Origin: an uncultured virus (IMG/VR IMGVR_UViG_3300047546_000864)
Taxonomy: Duplodnaviria > Heunggongvirae > Uroviricota > Caudoviricetes > Kyanoviridae
Length of the DNA stretch: 64,000 nucleotides
Virus record (IMG/VR): IMGVR_UViG_3300047546_000864
Span: 1-64,000 of that record
Direction: 5' to 3' (one strand)
The notes under the pieces were generated by a model that saw only the letters and a list, made by a program, of their open reading frames with translations, was not told where the DNA came from and searched no databases. Positions 27,415 through 35,851 of this stretch are shown here, piece by piece. The position numbers and the translations under genes are program-made. How positions within the stretch are numbered: position 1 is the stretch's first letter; every line of letters begins with the position of its first letter.

Positions 27415-27720
27415 ATGTTAAATGTATCAGGTATTAACCGTGCCCTTAATATTGATGGTCCTGACTTTATAGAAGACATATCAATTACAGATTCTGAAAA
27501 ATTTCCATCTAGAGAAGTTCAAAGAGAACAATCTCGTCAAAAATGGAGAGAAAAAAATCCAGATTATGAAAAGAAAAGGTGGGCAAAGGGATTAACTGAA
27601 GAACAAGTTTTAGCTAGACGGGCTAGAGAAAAAAAGAGGTATTGGGAAAATAATAAAGATAGGGAAACCCGTAAAAAACGGGCAAGAGAAAGAAAACAAA
27701 GGATAAAAAACAGTTTCTAA
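27415..27720 (+). mobile_element. Highly basic ORF within an insertion at the gp59 3' end; possible nuclease-less homing-endonuclease derivative
   Basis: R/K-rich helical stretches (KWREKNPDY); no HNH or GIY-YIG motif; flanked by duplicated gp59 C-termini. Confidence 0.5.
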
Positions 27721-27773
27721 ATATTGATGTGTTCAATTATAAGAAAATTTTACGGGAAATCATAGATGAGTAA
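27714..27773 (+). pseudogene. Orphaned second copy of the gp59 C-terminus
   Basis: Translates FLNIDVFNYKKILREIIDE*, versus FIQVDISSYKKILKEIIL* at 27270-27326. Confidence 0.75.
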
Positions 27774-28098
27774 CTTTTTTGACTCAGATATCATTCAGGA
27801 AGAACTGAAAGAAATTAATAAGTTACAAGAAGAAATCTACGGAAGTATTTTAACTTTCGGTGGAATGCCCCGTGAGACCAAATTGAAACACATTGAGAAA
27901 CTTGAGCTCTTGCTAGAAAAGCAGAGAGTGATGTATACTAGGTTATCCCTTTCAGACGACCCTCAAGCGGTTGAAATGAAAGAGAACCTACGCAAGTCAG
28001 TTGCCCTGATGGGTTTCCCACCAGAGACTGATATGCAAGTTTTATTCAGTAGTATGAACAAGACGATTGAATCTCTCAAGCAATACATTGACCGCTGA
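27766..28098 (+). CDS. Conserved cyanophage hypothetical protein
   Basis: FFDSDIIQEE, LLEKQRVMYTRLSLSDDPQA. Confidence 0.75.
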   Translation: MSNFFDSDIIQEELKEINKLQEEIYGSILTFGGMPRETKLKHIEKLELLLEKQRVMYTRLSLSDDPQAVEMKENLRKSVALMGFPPETDMQVLFSSMNKTIESLKQYIDR

Positions 28099-28116
28099 GA
28101 GAAACCCTGTTATACT
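28088..28116 (+). promoter_or_regulatory. Sigma70-type promoter for gp32
   Basis: TTGACC-N17-TATACT. Confidence 0.75.
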
Positions 28117-28158
28117 ATCCGAGTAATCCCCCGAATCCAAACTATCCGAGGTATCTAA

Positions 28159-29082
28159 ATGGGCTTTGCCGATCTTAAGAAACAGTCTAAACTTGGTTCC
28201 CTGACCGCCAAACTGGTCAAGGAAGTTGAAAAAATGAATACTAACAGCGGTTCTAGTGATGACCGTCTGTGGAAACTGGATGTAGATAAAAGCGGCAATG
28301 GTTATGCCGTTATCCGTTTCCTTCCCGCTCCCGAAGGTGAAGACCTGCCCTTCGTGAAACTCTACAGTCACGCATTCCAAGGTCCTGGTGGTTGGTATAT
28401 TGAGAATTCTCTGACTACTCTGGGTCAGAAGGATCCCGTGTCGGAACTGAACTCCGAACTGTGGAACAACGGTACTGATGCTGGTAAAGAACTTGCCCGT
28501 AAGCAGAAGCGTAAACTCACCTATGTGTCCAACATCTATGTGGTGAAGGATCCTGCTAATCCTGCAAACGAAGGTAAGGTCTTCCTGTTCAAGTATGGTA
28601 AGAAGATCTTTGATAAACTCACTGCTGCAATGCAACCTGAGTTTGAAGATGAGGAAGCAATTGATCCCTTTGACTTCTGGAAGGGTGCTAACTTCAAACT
28701 GAAGGCGAAGAACGTTGCTGGTTATCGTAACTATGATTCCAGTGAGTTTGCTAATCCTTCTCCTCTTCTAGACGATGATGAGGCTCTGGAAGCAGTATGG
28801 CGTAAGCAATATTCTCTTGCTGAGCATATTGCTGCTGATCAGTTCAAATCTTATGATGAACTGAAAAAGCGTCTGGACTATGTGCTGGGTAATAAAGGTA
28901 CTCCCCGTTATCAGGATCCTGAAGAGTTTGATGAGGATAACACCCGTGGTCCTGTGAAAGATCTTGATGAAGATCTTCGCACTGAACTCAACAATCTTCA
29001 ACCTACCCGCCGTGCTGCGGCAGTAGAAGAGGATGAAGATGATGATGCACTCAGTTATTTCGCACGTCTTGCTGAGGAGTGA
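28159..29082 (+). CDS. gp32: Single-stranded DNA-binding protein gp32
   Basis: DDRLWK..DKSGNGYAVIRFLP, WYIENS, NEGKVFLFKYGKKIFDK, NYDSSEF, acidic tail. Confidence 0.95.
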   Translation: MGFADLKKQSKLGSLTAKLVKEVEKMNTNSGSSDDRLWKLDVDKSGNGYAVIRFLPAPEGEDLPFVKLYSHAFQGPGGWYIENSLTTLGQKDPVSELNSELWNNGTDAGKELARKQKRKLTYVSNIYVVKDPANPANEGKVFLFKYGKKIFDKLTAAMQPEFEDEEAIDPFDFWKGANFKLKAKNVAGYRNYDSSEFANPSPLLDDDEALEAVWRKQYSLAEHIAADQFKSYDELKKRLDYVLGNKGTPRYQDPEEFDEDNTRGPVKDLDEDLRTELNNLQPTRRAAAVEEDEDDDALSYFARLAEE

Positions 29083-29669
29083 AATCCGATTACTACATTG
29101 ACCGTGTAAGTAAATCCGAAGCCGCAGAGTTACTTCTGCGGTTTCATTATCTCAAAGATATTTCAAAAGATTTTAAATCAGGATATAACTACGGTCTTTT
29201 CAAGAAAAATGAGTTCTGTCCGTTAAATATAGGTGGTATCCAGGGAGTTTGTATTTTTACTGGACTCCCTGTTCCAGAAATAGCACAAGGAGCGTTTGGG
29301 TTAGAAAGAAATGAACAACAAGGACTCTTTGAACTCTCCAGACTTTGTATCCATCCAGATGTCCAGTCACAAGAGTACAACATTACTTCTTGGTTCGTTG
29401 CAAAAGCGATTAAACAGTTTCGGAAGGACACAAAAGTATCAGCAATTATATCTTATGCTGATAGCAGTTTGCATAGTGGTACAATCTATCGGGCTTGTAA
29501 CTTTAAGTATGCAGGTCTCACAGATCCAAAAAAAGATTTCTACTTTGCAGACGGAACTAAACACTCTCGCGGAAAAGTAAAAGGTGCTGAAGGAGAGTGG
29601 AAAGAACGCTCCCGCAAGCACCGATATGTAATGATCTTTGATAAGAACTTAAATCTAAAATGGGTTTGA
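29079..29669 (+). CDS. Mom-like (GNAT fold) DNA modification protein
   Basis: HYL, FELSRLC, SWFVAKAIK, IISYAD..HSGTIYRACNF.Y.G, KHRY. Confidence 0.75.
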   Translation: MKSDYYIDRVSKSEAAELLLRFHYLKDISKDFKSGYNYGLFKKNEFCPLNIGGIQGVCIFTGLPVPEIAQGAFGLERNEQQGLFELSRLCIHPDVQSQEYNITSWFVAKAIKQFRKDTKVSAIISYADSSLHSGTIYRACNFKYAGLTDPKKDFYFADGTKHSRGKVKGAEGEWKERSRKHRYVMIFDKNLNLKWV

Positions 29670-30305
29670 TGATTTAGTATTTTCAGTCTTAATTACGTTA
29701 TTACTTACATATTGAGATGACTGGTCGTAAGTCATCTCTCTTCTTGTATCTAAAAGAACTTGCTGTAAGTATTGTGGTTTTAGAATATAGATAGATCTTT
29801 TTTTATTATTTCTTAGAACTTCATATTCATAGTTACTTATTCCAACCACAGGGTTTAATGTCGTTGTTGGAACTGCAGGATCAGAAATTGTAAAAGTTGG
29901 ATCAACTACTTTCCCAGCAGGTAGGATGAGTCTTCCTTTCGAATCTTTTACTTCTGTTGTTTCATAATGATGAATGCTATTTAAATCATCACCATATAAT
30001 TCGACAGCATAATCATAAAGTTCTTTATCACTTAGAGGCCATTCATCTCTGACTCGTGTAATACCAGCACCAATGATAACAACCCAATCATATTGGGAAC
30101 TACCATAAACTTCTTCTGCAACTGTGTCTGGGCGAGCACCATCAACAATTTCATACTTATCAAACACGGTAAAGACATTCTGAAGATCATCACGAAGTTT
30201 TACGCGACGAAATAGATTTTTAATCAGAATGTAATCATCTGACGATTGACTATCTGGAAGAAATGATTGGTATTGTAAGTTTGGAAGTTCTCTGAAGTAA
30301 GACAT
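29655..30305 (-). CDS. gp53: Baseplate wedge protein gp53
   Basis: YFRELP, RPDTVAEEVYG..YDWVV, EWPL, IHHYET, NYEYE..N..KR.I.ILKP. Confidence 0.9.
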   Translation of the reverse strand: MSYFRELPNLQYQSFLPDSQSSDDYILIKNLFRRVKLRDDLQNVFTVFDKYEIVDGARPDTVAEEVYGSSQYDWVVIIGAGITRVRDEWPLSDKELYDYAVELYGDDLNSIHHYETTEVKDSKGRLILPAGKVVDPTFTISDPAVPTTTLNPVVGISNYEYEVLRNNKKRSIYILKPQYLQQVLLDTRREMTYDQSSQYVSNNVIKTENTKSSNPF

Positions 30306-31345
30306 TAGTAACCAACTCCTTGTTGACCCTCTGCAGTATCATAATCTTCAGCATAAATTGGTGTGAGTTCTTGGAATGCTAAAGTTAATTTCATATTAAC
30401 TGGCGTAGAATCTGAGTAAGTAGCATAAGTTCCAGATCCTGTATAGTCAACACCAACTCCTTGAAGAGCGCATATTTTAAATTTATTTAAGTATGGGTGT
30501 GGTCTACCTCCACTCATATATTGAATCTTAAATACATTTGGTGCTTTTAAGAACAATCCAGCAGCTCCTGCTCCCGTAACTCCTTTTTTAGCAGCACTTG
30601 CTTGTTTGAAAGTTTTGATAATTTTTTTAACTTCGTCTGATTCTTTCTTGGAACGAGGAACGATATCAAAAGTAAAAACAAATCCATCTCTCAGTTTAAC
30701 GCCAGTAAAGACTAGTTCAACGTTAGAGTTAACGACTACACCAGCATAACGGGATGCTACTTCATTTATGTTCCCTACACTTCCACGACCAAGAACAATG
30801 TTTGAAGCAAAACTAATTCCAAGTGCTTGTAAATATTTTTGAGTTGTTCCAGATTTTGCTGCTTTAAAAACTCTATCAACTTCTCCAGTCATTGTATTGA
30901 GTGCATCTTGCGCTGTTTTCGCGTCAATTACACCACCAGCAACTCTAGCAGCTGCTGCTTGAAGTGGATTAAATTCACTTGTTCCCCAATTAGTATAATT
31001 ATTATCTCCGATACTTTCTGGAACTGGAAGCATAATCGTTCCTATAGGATTATTATATCCCACAGTATCTGAAGATGGCAATGCAAAATTTCCTTCTGCA
31101 GATTCAAATCCTGGAGGAATATATTCAAATATATCAATCTTTAAATAATCGTCTGCTGATGTAAGTTTTGTGAGTGGATATCTATAATTAAAATAACTCG
31201 TTTTTGTATTTCCAGGAGATTGAAAAGATCCAAACTCACTAATACTTTGTCCAGAAGTAATAGTAGTAGAATTAGAAGTAGGCGAAGTGGTTCCAAATGA
31301 ACCGTATGAACTAATACTTTGTCCAGTTGTATATGAGTCCGCCAT
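30305..31345 (-). CDS. gp48: Baseplate tail-tube cap gp48
   Basis: I.LPVP, NSNVELVF.G..LR..F.F...P.S..E, P..F.I.Y, L.FQEL; synteny with gp53. Confidence 0.8.
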   Translation of the reverse strand: MADSYTTGQSISSYGSFGTTSPTSNSTTITSGQSISEFGSFQSPGNTKTSYFNYRYPLTKLTSADDYLKIDIFEYIPPGFESAEGNFALPSSDTVGYNNPIGTIMLPVPESIGDNNYTNWGTSEFNPLQAAAARVAGGVIDAKTAQDALNTMTGEVDRVFKAAKSGTTQKYLQALGISFASNIVLGRGSVGNINEVASRYAGVVVNSNVELVFTGVKLRDGFVFTFDIVPRSKKESDEVKKIIKTFKQASAAKKGVTGAGAAGLFLKAPNVFKIQYMSGGRPHPYLNKFKICALQGVGVDYTGSGTYATYSDSTPVNMKLTLAFQELTPIYAEDYDTAEGQQGVGY

Positions 31346-31354
31346 TTATGTTTT

Positions 31355-31732
31355 CTAACTATTTAGACGGATATTTCCAAATGGTATCCTTCTTAGATCA
31401 CCCACTTCTTCCTTATACACTTCATACATTCCCCCAGCAATCTCATCCCAAGTATATTGCCTTTCTTCACCCCAGTGATAGTTAATTCCTCTAAATCCCC
31501 ATCCATAAACTGCAGTTACGACAACAAATGGATTCTGATCATATCTTATACTGGTAGTCTTAGCATTATAAACAAAAATATAAAATCTACCAACTCTAGG
31601 TGGTTCGCTTGTTTCTGTTAGTACACTTAACAGTTGAAGCATTAAATCATCAGGATTCTCTGTTCCAATCAGTTTTTTAACAAGAGGAGCAACGCGATTT
31701 ATTTTTCTTTGTTGAAGTGTCTTTCTAGGCAT
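31355..31732 (-). CDS. gp2: DNA end protector gp2-like
   Basis: Y.FVYNAKT..YDQNP, GFRGINYHW; synteny with gp4. Confidence 0.65.
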   Translation of the reverse strand: MPRKTLQQRKINRVAPLVKKLIGTENPDDLMLQLLSVLTETSEPPRVGRFYIFVYNAKTTSIRYDQNPFVVVTAVYGWGFRGINYHWGEERQYTWDEIAGGMYEVYKEEVGDLRRIPFGNIRLNS

Positions 31733-32391
31733 TATTTGATATCTTCTTTATTAAGGAACATTCCACCATTTTTTAAGATAAGATAACGAGATAGTTTTGT
31801 CTTTTCTATGGCTTCAGTCATAGATGCATATATTTTTCTATCATAAATGACAGGTTTTCTATTGGCACTTGGTCTGCCTTTCATCATTTCACTATGTTTT
31901 CTATGCTTTTTTTTATCATTACGATTTCTTTCTGCCATTTTTTTTAAATTTTCAGTATAATATGATATTGGTCTTGGATTATTTTTTAATTTCTCTTTCC
32001 AAGTATTTGATTGCTTTTTTCTTACCTCTTCTGGAATTTTTCTTCCCTTCAAACTTACTTTATTTGCAGCACCAATTTTTGCTCTAACTTCAGACCTTTT
32101 TGTTGGACTATCTTCTCCATAGTATGTTGGAGGAGCATTTCCACCATCTGCAATATTCATTAAAATGCCTGTATTATCACATTTTTTTCCAAATAAAGCA
32201 ATCATATAAATTTCGTGCTTAAACGCTTCTTCTTCAGTTATATTTTGTTTTAATTTTATTATTCTACTTTTATCTTTTGGTGGATTGCAATTTTTACCTC
32301 TATGATCATATAATCTATTTCCTTTGCCTTTTCCAATATAATATGGAAACCCATTATTTTGCAAATAGGCATATGTATAATATTCACTCAT
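31732..32391 (-). mobile_element. Free-standing GIY-YIG-like (Seg-type) homing endonuclease with NUMOD3-like repeats
   Basis: YYTYAYL..PYYIGKGKGNR, EAFKHEIYMI, ILMNIADGG; late promoter TATAAATA on the minus strand at 32417-32424. Confidence 0.8.
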
Positions 32392-32425
32392 TTTTTATAT
32401 TTTAATAATATACTATTATTTATAA

Positions 32426-32860
32426 TTAAAATAATTCATTCTCAGTAATTACTTTAAATTCATATCCACGATCAGCACACCATTCTCTTGCAGCTTCCCA
32501 TTTTGATTGGTTTTTAGCATACTCATAGACTTCACTAATGTATCTTTTAGTTTGTCTTTGTGGTTTGGGTGGGGGGACAGTTTGCTTCTGAGGTTTGATT
32601 TCAATTAAATATTTTTTTATACTTCCATTTCCTTCTTGGACTTTAATGTAGAAATCTGGAAAATAACGATGAGGTTTTCCATCAATGGGGGATTTATACC
32701 AGACATACATCTCTTCACTACCCCATTCTAATATTTTTTGATTCGTATCACAATAAACCATAAATTTTCTTTCCCACAAAGATCTGTATACAATGTTTGT
32801 TGGATCTCCTTTATATTTTTGTGGGTAAGATGGTTTATATTTTCCTTTGTAAGAAGCCAT
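32426..32860 (-). CDS. gp4: Head completion nuclease gp4
   Basis: YKGDPTNIVYRSLWE, WGSEE, HRYFPDF, IEIKP, N.SKWEAA, FKVITE. Confidence 0.92.
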   Translation of the reverse strand: MASYKGKYKPSYPQKYKGDPTNIVYRSLWERKFMVYCDTNQKILEWGSEEMYVWYKSPIDGKPHRYFPDFYIKVQEGNGSIKKYLIEIKPQKQTVPPPKPQRQTKRYISEVYEYAKNQSKWEAAREWCADRGYEFKVITENELF

Positions 32861-32900
32861 CTAAATACTTATACTATAAAAGTCATATAGGGTATTTAGA

Positions 32901-33695
32901 GTGCCTGCAAAACCCCGTAAAATATCGGATATTAAACCCCTATTTACAAATCTAGCCCAAACATCACACTATCAAGTATTGTTTGGTGGATTGCCTGTTG
33001 AATTGAGAAATTATGTGAGTCGCAAGGGTATTTCTCCACTCTTTATTGGTGAGGATGCTGGACTATTGTGTTTTAATGCATCTTTACCAACATCTACATT
33101 TAGTTCAAAACAAGTTGATGGAAACTTTACTGGAGTCCAAGAGAACTTTGCTGTTGCTAGACTTTACAATGAGATAGATTTACAGTTTTATGTTGATAGT
33201 AATTATAAAACTTTGAAATTCATAGAGTCTTGGATGGAGTTTATTGCTAGTGGATCTTATAATCCAATTGATGGTGTAGCAGGATCGGTTAGTCAGGCTA
33301 ACTATGGATATTTTGCGAGGATGCAATATCCAGAATACTATAAGTCAAACTATACTAGAATTATTAAGTTTGATAGGGATTATAATGCTGAGATTGAATA
33401 TCGTTTTATTGGTCTTTGGCCAGTAGCGATGAGTTCTCCACAAATTTCGTATGTTCAATCTGATGTTCTAAAAGTTTCAATATCTTTCCGATATGATCGT
33501 TATATTGCTGGTAGAGCAATGAGTATAAACATCTTCAATGGTGATGGATTTAATCTTGATCCAACAATTCCGCAACTTCCAAATGAAAATCAAGATCGTC
33601 TTATTCCCAGAACGGGACAATCTCTTGGAAATGAGCCTGGTGTAAGAAGAACTTATACTCCTGCTGGATCTGTAATCCCAACCATCATTGAATAA
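32901..33695 (+). CDS. Tail tube-fold baseplate protein (gp54/gp19-like)
   Basis: LLC..ASLP, R.Y..IDLQFYVD, F.E.W..FI, Y.F.GLWP, V...F.YDRY; divergent from gp4 with overlapping CTAAATA motifs. Confidence 0.65.
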   Translation: MPAKPRKISDIKPLFTNLAQTSHYQVLFGGLPVELRNYVSRKGISPLFIGEDAGLLCFNASLPTSTFSSKQVDGNFTGVQENFAVARLYNEIDLQFYVDSNYKTLKFIESWMEFIASGSYNPIDGVAGSVSQANYGYFARMQYPEYYKSNYTRIIKFDRDYNAEIEYRFIGLWPVAMSSPQISYVQSDVLKVSISFRYDRYIAGRAMSINIFNGDGFNLDPTIPQLPNENQDRLIPRTGQSLGNEPGVRRTYTPAGSVIPTIIE

Positions 33696-33735
33696 TACCC
33701 ACTAAATATTTTTATCTGACTATCATTATCTTGAT

Positions 33736-34455
33736 ATGCCTTTACCAAAAATTGCTACGCCAACTTATGAGTTGGAAATTCCTTCATTAAAGAAAACAGT
33801 TAAGTATCGCCCCTTTCTAGTTAAAGAAGAAAAGATCCTCATCATTGCGATGGAGAGTGAGGATCCTAAACAAATTTCGGAAGCAATTAAAACAGTTATC
33901 GGAAATTGTATTCTTACTAGAGGAGTTAAGATTGACGAACTATCAACGTTTGATATTGAATATTTGTTCCTTAATATTCGTGGAAAATCTGTTGGGGAAG
34001 ATGTTGATGTTCTGATTACTTGTCCTGATGATGGAGTCACTCAGGTTCCTGTAAGTATTAATTTAGATGATATCCAAGTCGTTGTAAGTCCAGAGCATTC
34101 TAGAGATATTCAGTTGGATGCTGATCTTACATTAAGAATGAAGTATCCATCAATGCAAGAGTTTGTGAAGAATAACTTTTCAAGTCAAAATGATATGAGT
34201 GTTGATGATACATTTGGAATGGTTTCTTCTTGCATAGAGCAAATTTATAATCAGGAAGAATCTTGGACTGCATCAGATGTAACTAAGAAAGAACTTAATG
34301 AATTCTTAGAGCAATTGAGTTCAAAACAATTTAAACAGATTGAGAAGTTTTTCCAAACTATGCCTAAACTTTCTCATACAATCAATGTTACGAATCCAAA
34401 TACTGGTGTTGAAAGTGAAGTTGTTTTGGAGGGATTAGCGTCTTTTTTCGTCTAG
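33736..34455 (+). CDS. gp26: Baseplate hub assembly protein gp26
   Basis: MPLPKI..PTYEL, YRPFLVKEEK, FDIEYLFL.IRGKSVGE, MKYP, FF.TMPKL, LEGL.SFF. Confidence 0.9.
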   Translation: MPLPKIATPTYELEIPSLKKTVKYRPFLVKEEKILIIAMESEDPKQISEAIKTVIGNCILTRGVKIDELSTFDIEYLFLNIRGKSVGEDVDVLITCPDDGVTQVPVSINLDDIQVVVSPEHSRDIQLDADLTLRMKYPSMQEFVKNNFSSQNDMSVDDTFGMVSSCIEQIYNQEESWTASDVTKKELNEFLEQLSSKQFKQIEKFFQTMPKLSHTINVTNPNTGVESEVVLEGLASFFV

Positions 34456-34457
34456 GG

Positions 34458-34631
34458 ATGGCGCACGTTGATCTTGCGTCATACTATAAGACTAATTTTG
34501 CCCTCGTTCAGCATCATAAATATTCTTTGACTGAACTAGAAAATATGATCCCGTGGGAGAGAGAAATTTACATAGGTCTCCTACAGCAATATATTGAAGA
34601 GGAAAACCAAAGGAATTCATCTAATGGATAA
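34458..34631 (+). CDS. gp51: Baseplate hub assembly catalyst gp51-like (57 aa)
   Basis: Read by hand: MAHVDLASYYKTNFALVQHHKYSLTELENMIPWEREIYIGLL. Confidence 0.85.
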   Translation: MAHVDLASYYKTNFALVQHHKYSLTELENMIPWEREIYIGLLQQYIEEENQRNSSNG

Positions 34632-35850
34632 AGAGAATGCTACAGCTCTTGTAGGTCTCCAAGAACAATTAAATACAATTCGTTCAGAAGTTTTTACGGT
34701 TAACTCTGGACTTCAAAATATTGCGGGTTTAATTCAAACAGATTCTTTTCTAGATCAACAAAGACTTCGTGAAGAAAGAGAGCAAGAAAGAATACTTGCT
34801 GAAAGAGAAATTAGAATTGGGCAGGAAGAACAATTACAGCAAAGAATTTCCTCTTCTCTAATTCGACCTGTTAAAAATTTAGAGAATAAATTAACTTCAA
34901 CTTTTGAAGGAATTACAAGTTCTTTAAAATACTTATTTACATCTGTTTTAGGATTTCAACTCCTAAGATCAATAAAATTTAGTGCCCTCAAAACTGGACA
35001 AGCACTTTCCAATATTGGAACTGTAGTCAGAAATTCATTAGGATTTATTACAGGGGCATTTTCGAATTTAAGAAGTGGTATTGGATCTATTATTACTTCA
35101 GTTACTAATGTAACTCAAAGAGTTTCTAAAAGTGCTGTTGAACTTACAAAGTCTCCATTTAAAGCAATATCTGAAATATTTAAGAATTTATTCAAGGGTG
35201 GTAAACCTTCTGCACAAGCAGCATCATCTGCAGTATCTTCTGCAGCAGATGATGCTATGGAAGGTTTATCTGGGTTGTTGCGTGGTGTTGGTGGAACAGC
35301 TTTAAGAGTTGGGGGTACTGCATTGGGTGCAGTAGCAACAGCACAAAATATTCAAGAGGGAGATATTCCTGGAGCGATATTGAGTGGTGCCGCCACAATT
35401 CCATCACCATTACAAATTCCAGCAGCAATTGGAAGTGTTGGATATGAAATGATGACTGGTGGTGGAATAAAGTCAGGGAATATTTCACTACCAGAAAGTT
35501 TTAAACTTCCGAACTTTGATTTCTCTTCAATGAAGGATAACATTATGGGTGCTGCAAATCTTGATGTTCCCGCAGAGAGAACATTTGTTGCAAAGGTGGA
35601 GGAAACAAAGACTACCAAGATGGATGCTTTTGTTTCTCAAGTGCAGACTCCAAAATTACAAACACCAAACATTGGACCTGTTCCGGAGGCAGCACCAGAC
35701 TTAATTTATTTACAATCTGGGCAAAAAGGGCAGCAATCGGTAGCATCTGTTTCTACTCCACAAACACTAACTGATGTTCCTTTGATTTCTTCAAAAAATA
35801 CTGATAATTTTTATACATTATATTCCCAACTCAACTATAATGTAGTATAA
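34624..35850 (+). CDS. Helical hub/tape-measure-like virion protein
   Basis: Coiled-coil N-terminus, amphipathic Gly/Ala-rich middle, located after gp26/gp51. Confidence 0.5.
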   Translation: MDKENATALVGLQEQLNTIRSEVFTVNSGLQNIAGLIQTDSFLDQQRLREEREQERILAEREIRIGQEEQLQQRISSSLIRPVKNLENKLTSTFEGITSSLKYLFTSVLGFQLLRSIKFSALKTGQALSNIGTVVRNSLGFITGAFSNLRSGIGSIITSVTNVTQRVSKSAVELTKSPFKAISEIFKNLFKGGKPSAQAASSAVSSAADDAMEGLSGLLRGVGGTALRVGGTALGAVATAQNIQEGDIPGAILSGAATIPSPLQIPAAIGSVGYEMMTGGGIKSGNISLPESFKLPNFDFSSMKDNIMGAANLDVPAERTFVAKVEETKTTKMDAFVSQVQTPKLQTPNIGPVPEAAPDLIYLQSGQKGQQSVASVSTPQTLTDVPLISSKNTDNFYTLYSQLNYNVV

Positions 35851-35851
35851 G

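Noticed and set aside
31237..31330. Short direct repeat at the gp48 N-terminus (GQSIS..GSF twice)
   Set aside because: A small intragenic duplication in a low-complexity extension with no sign of wider significance.
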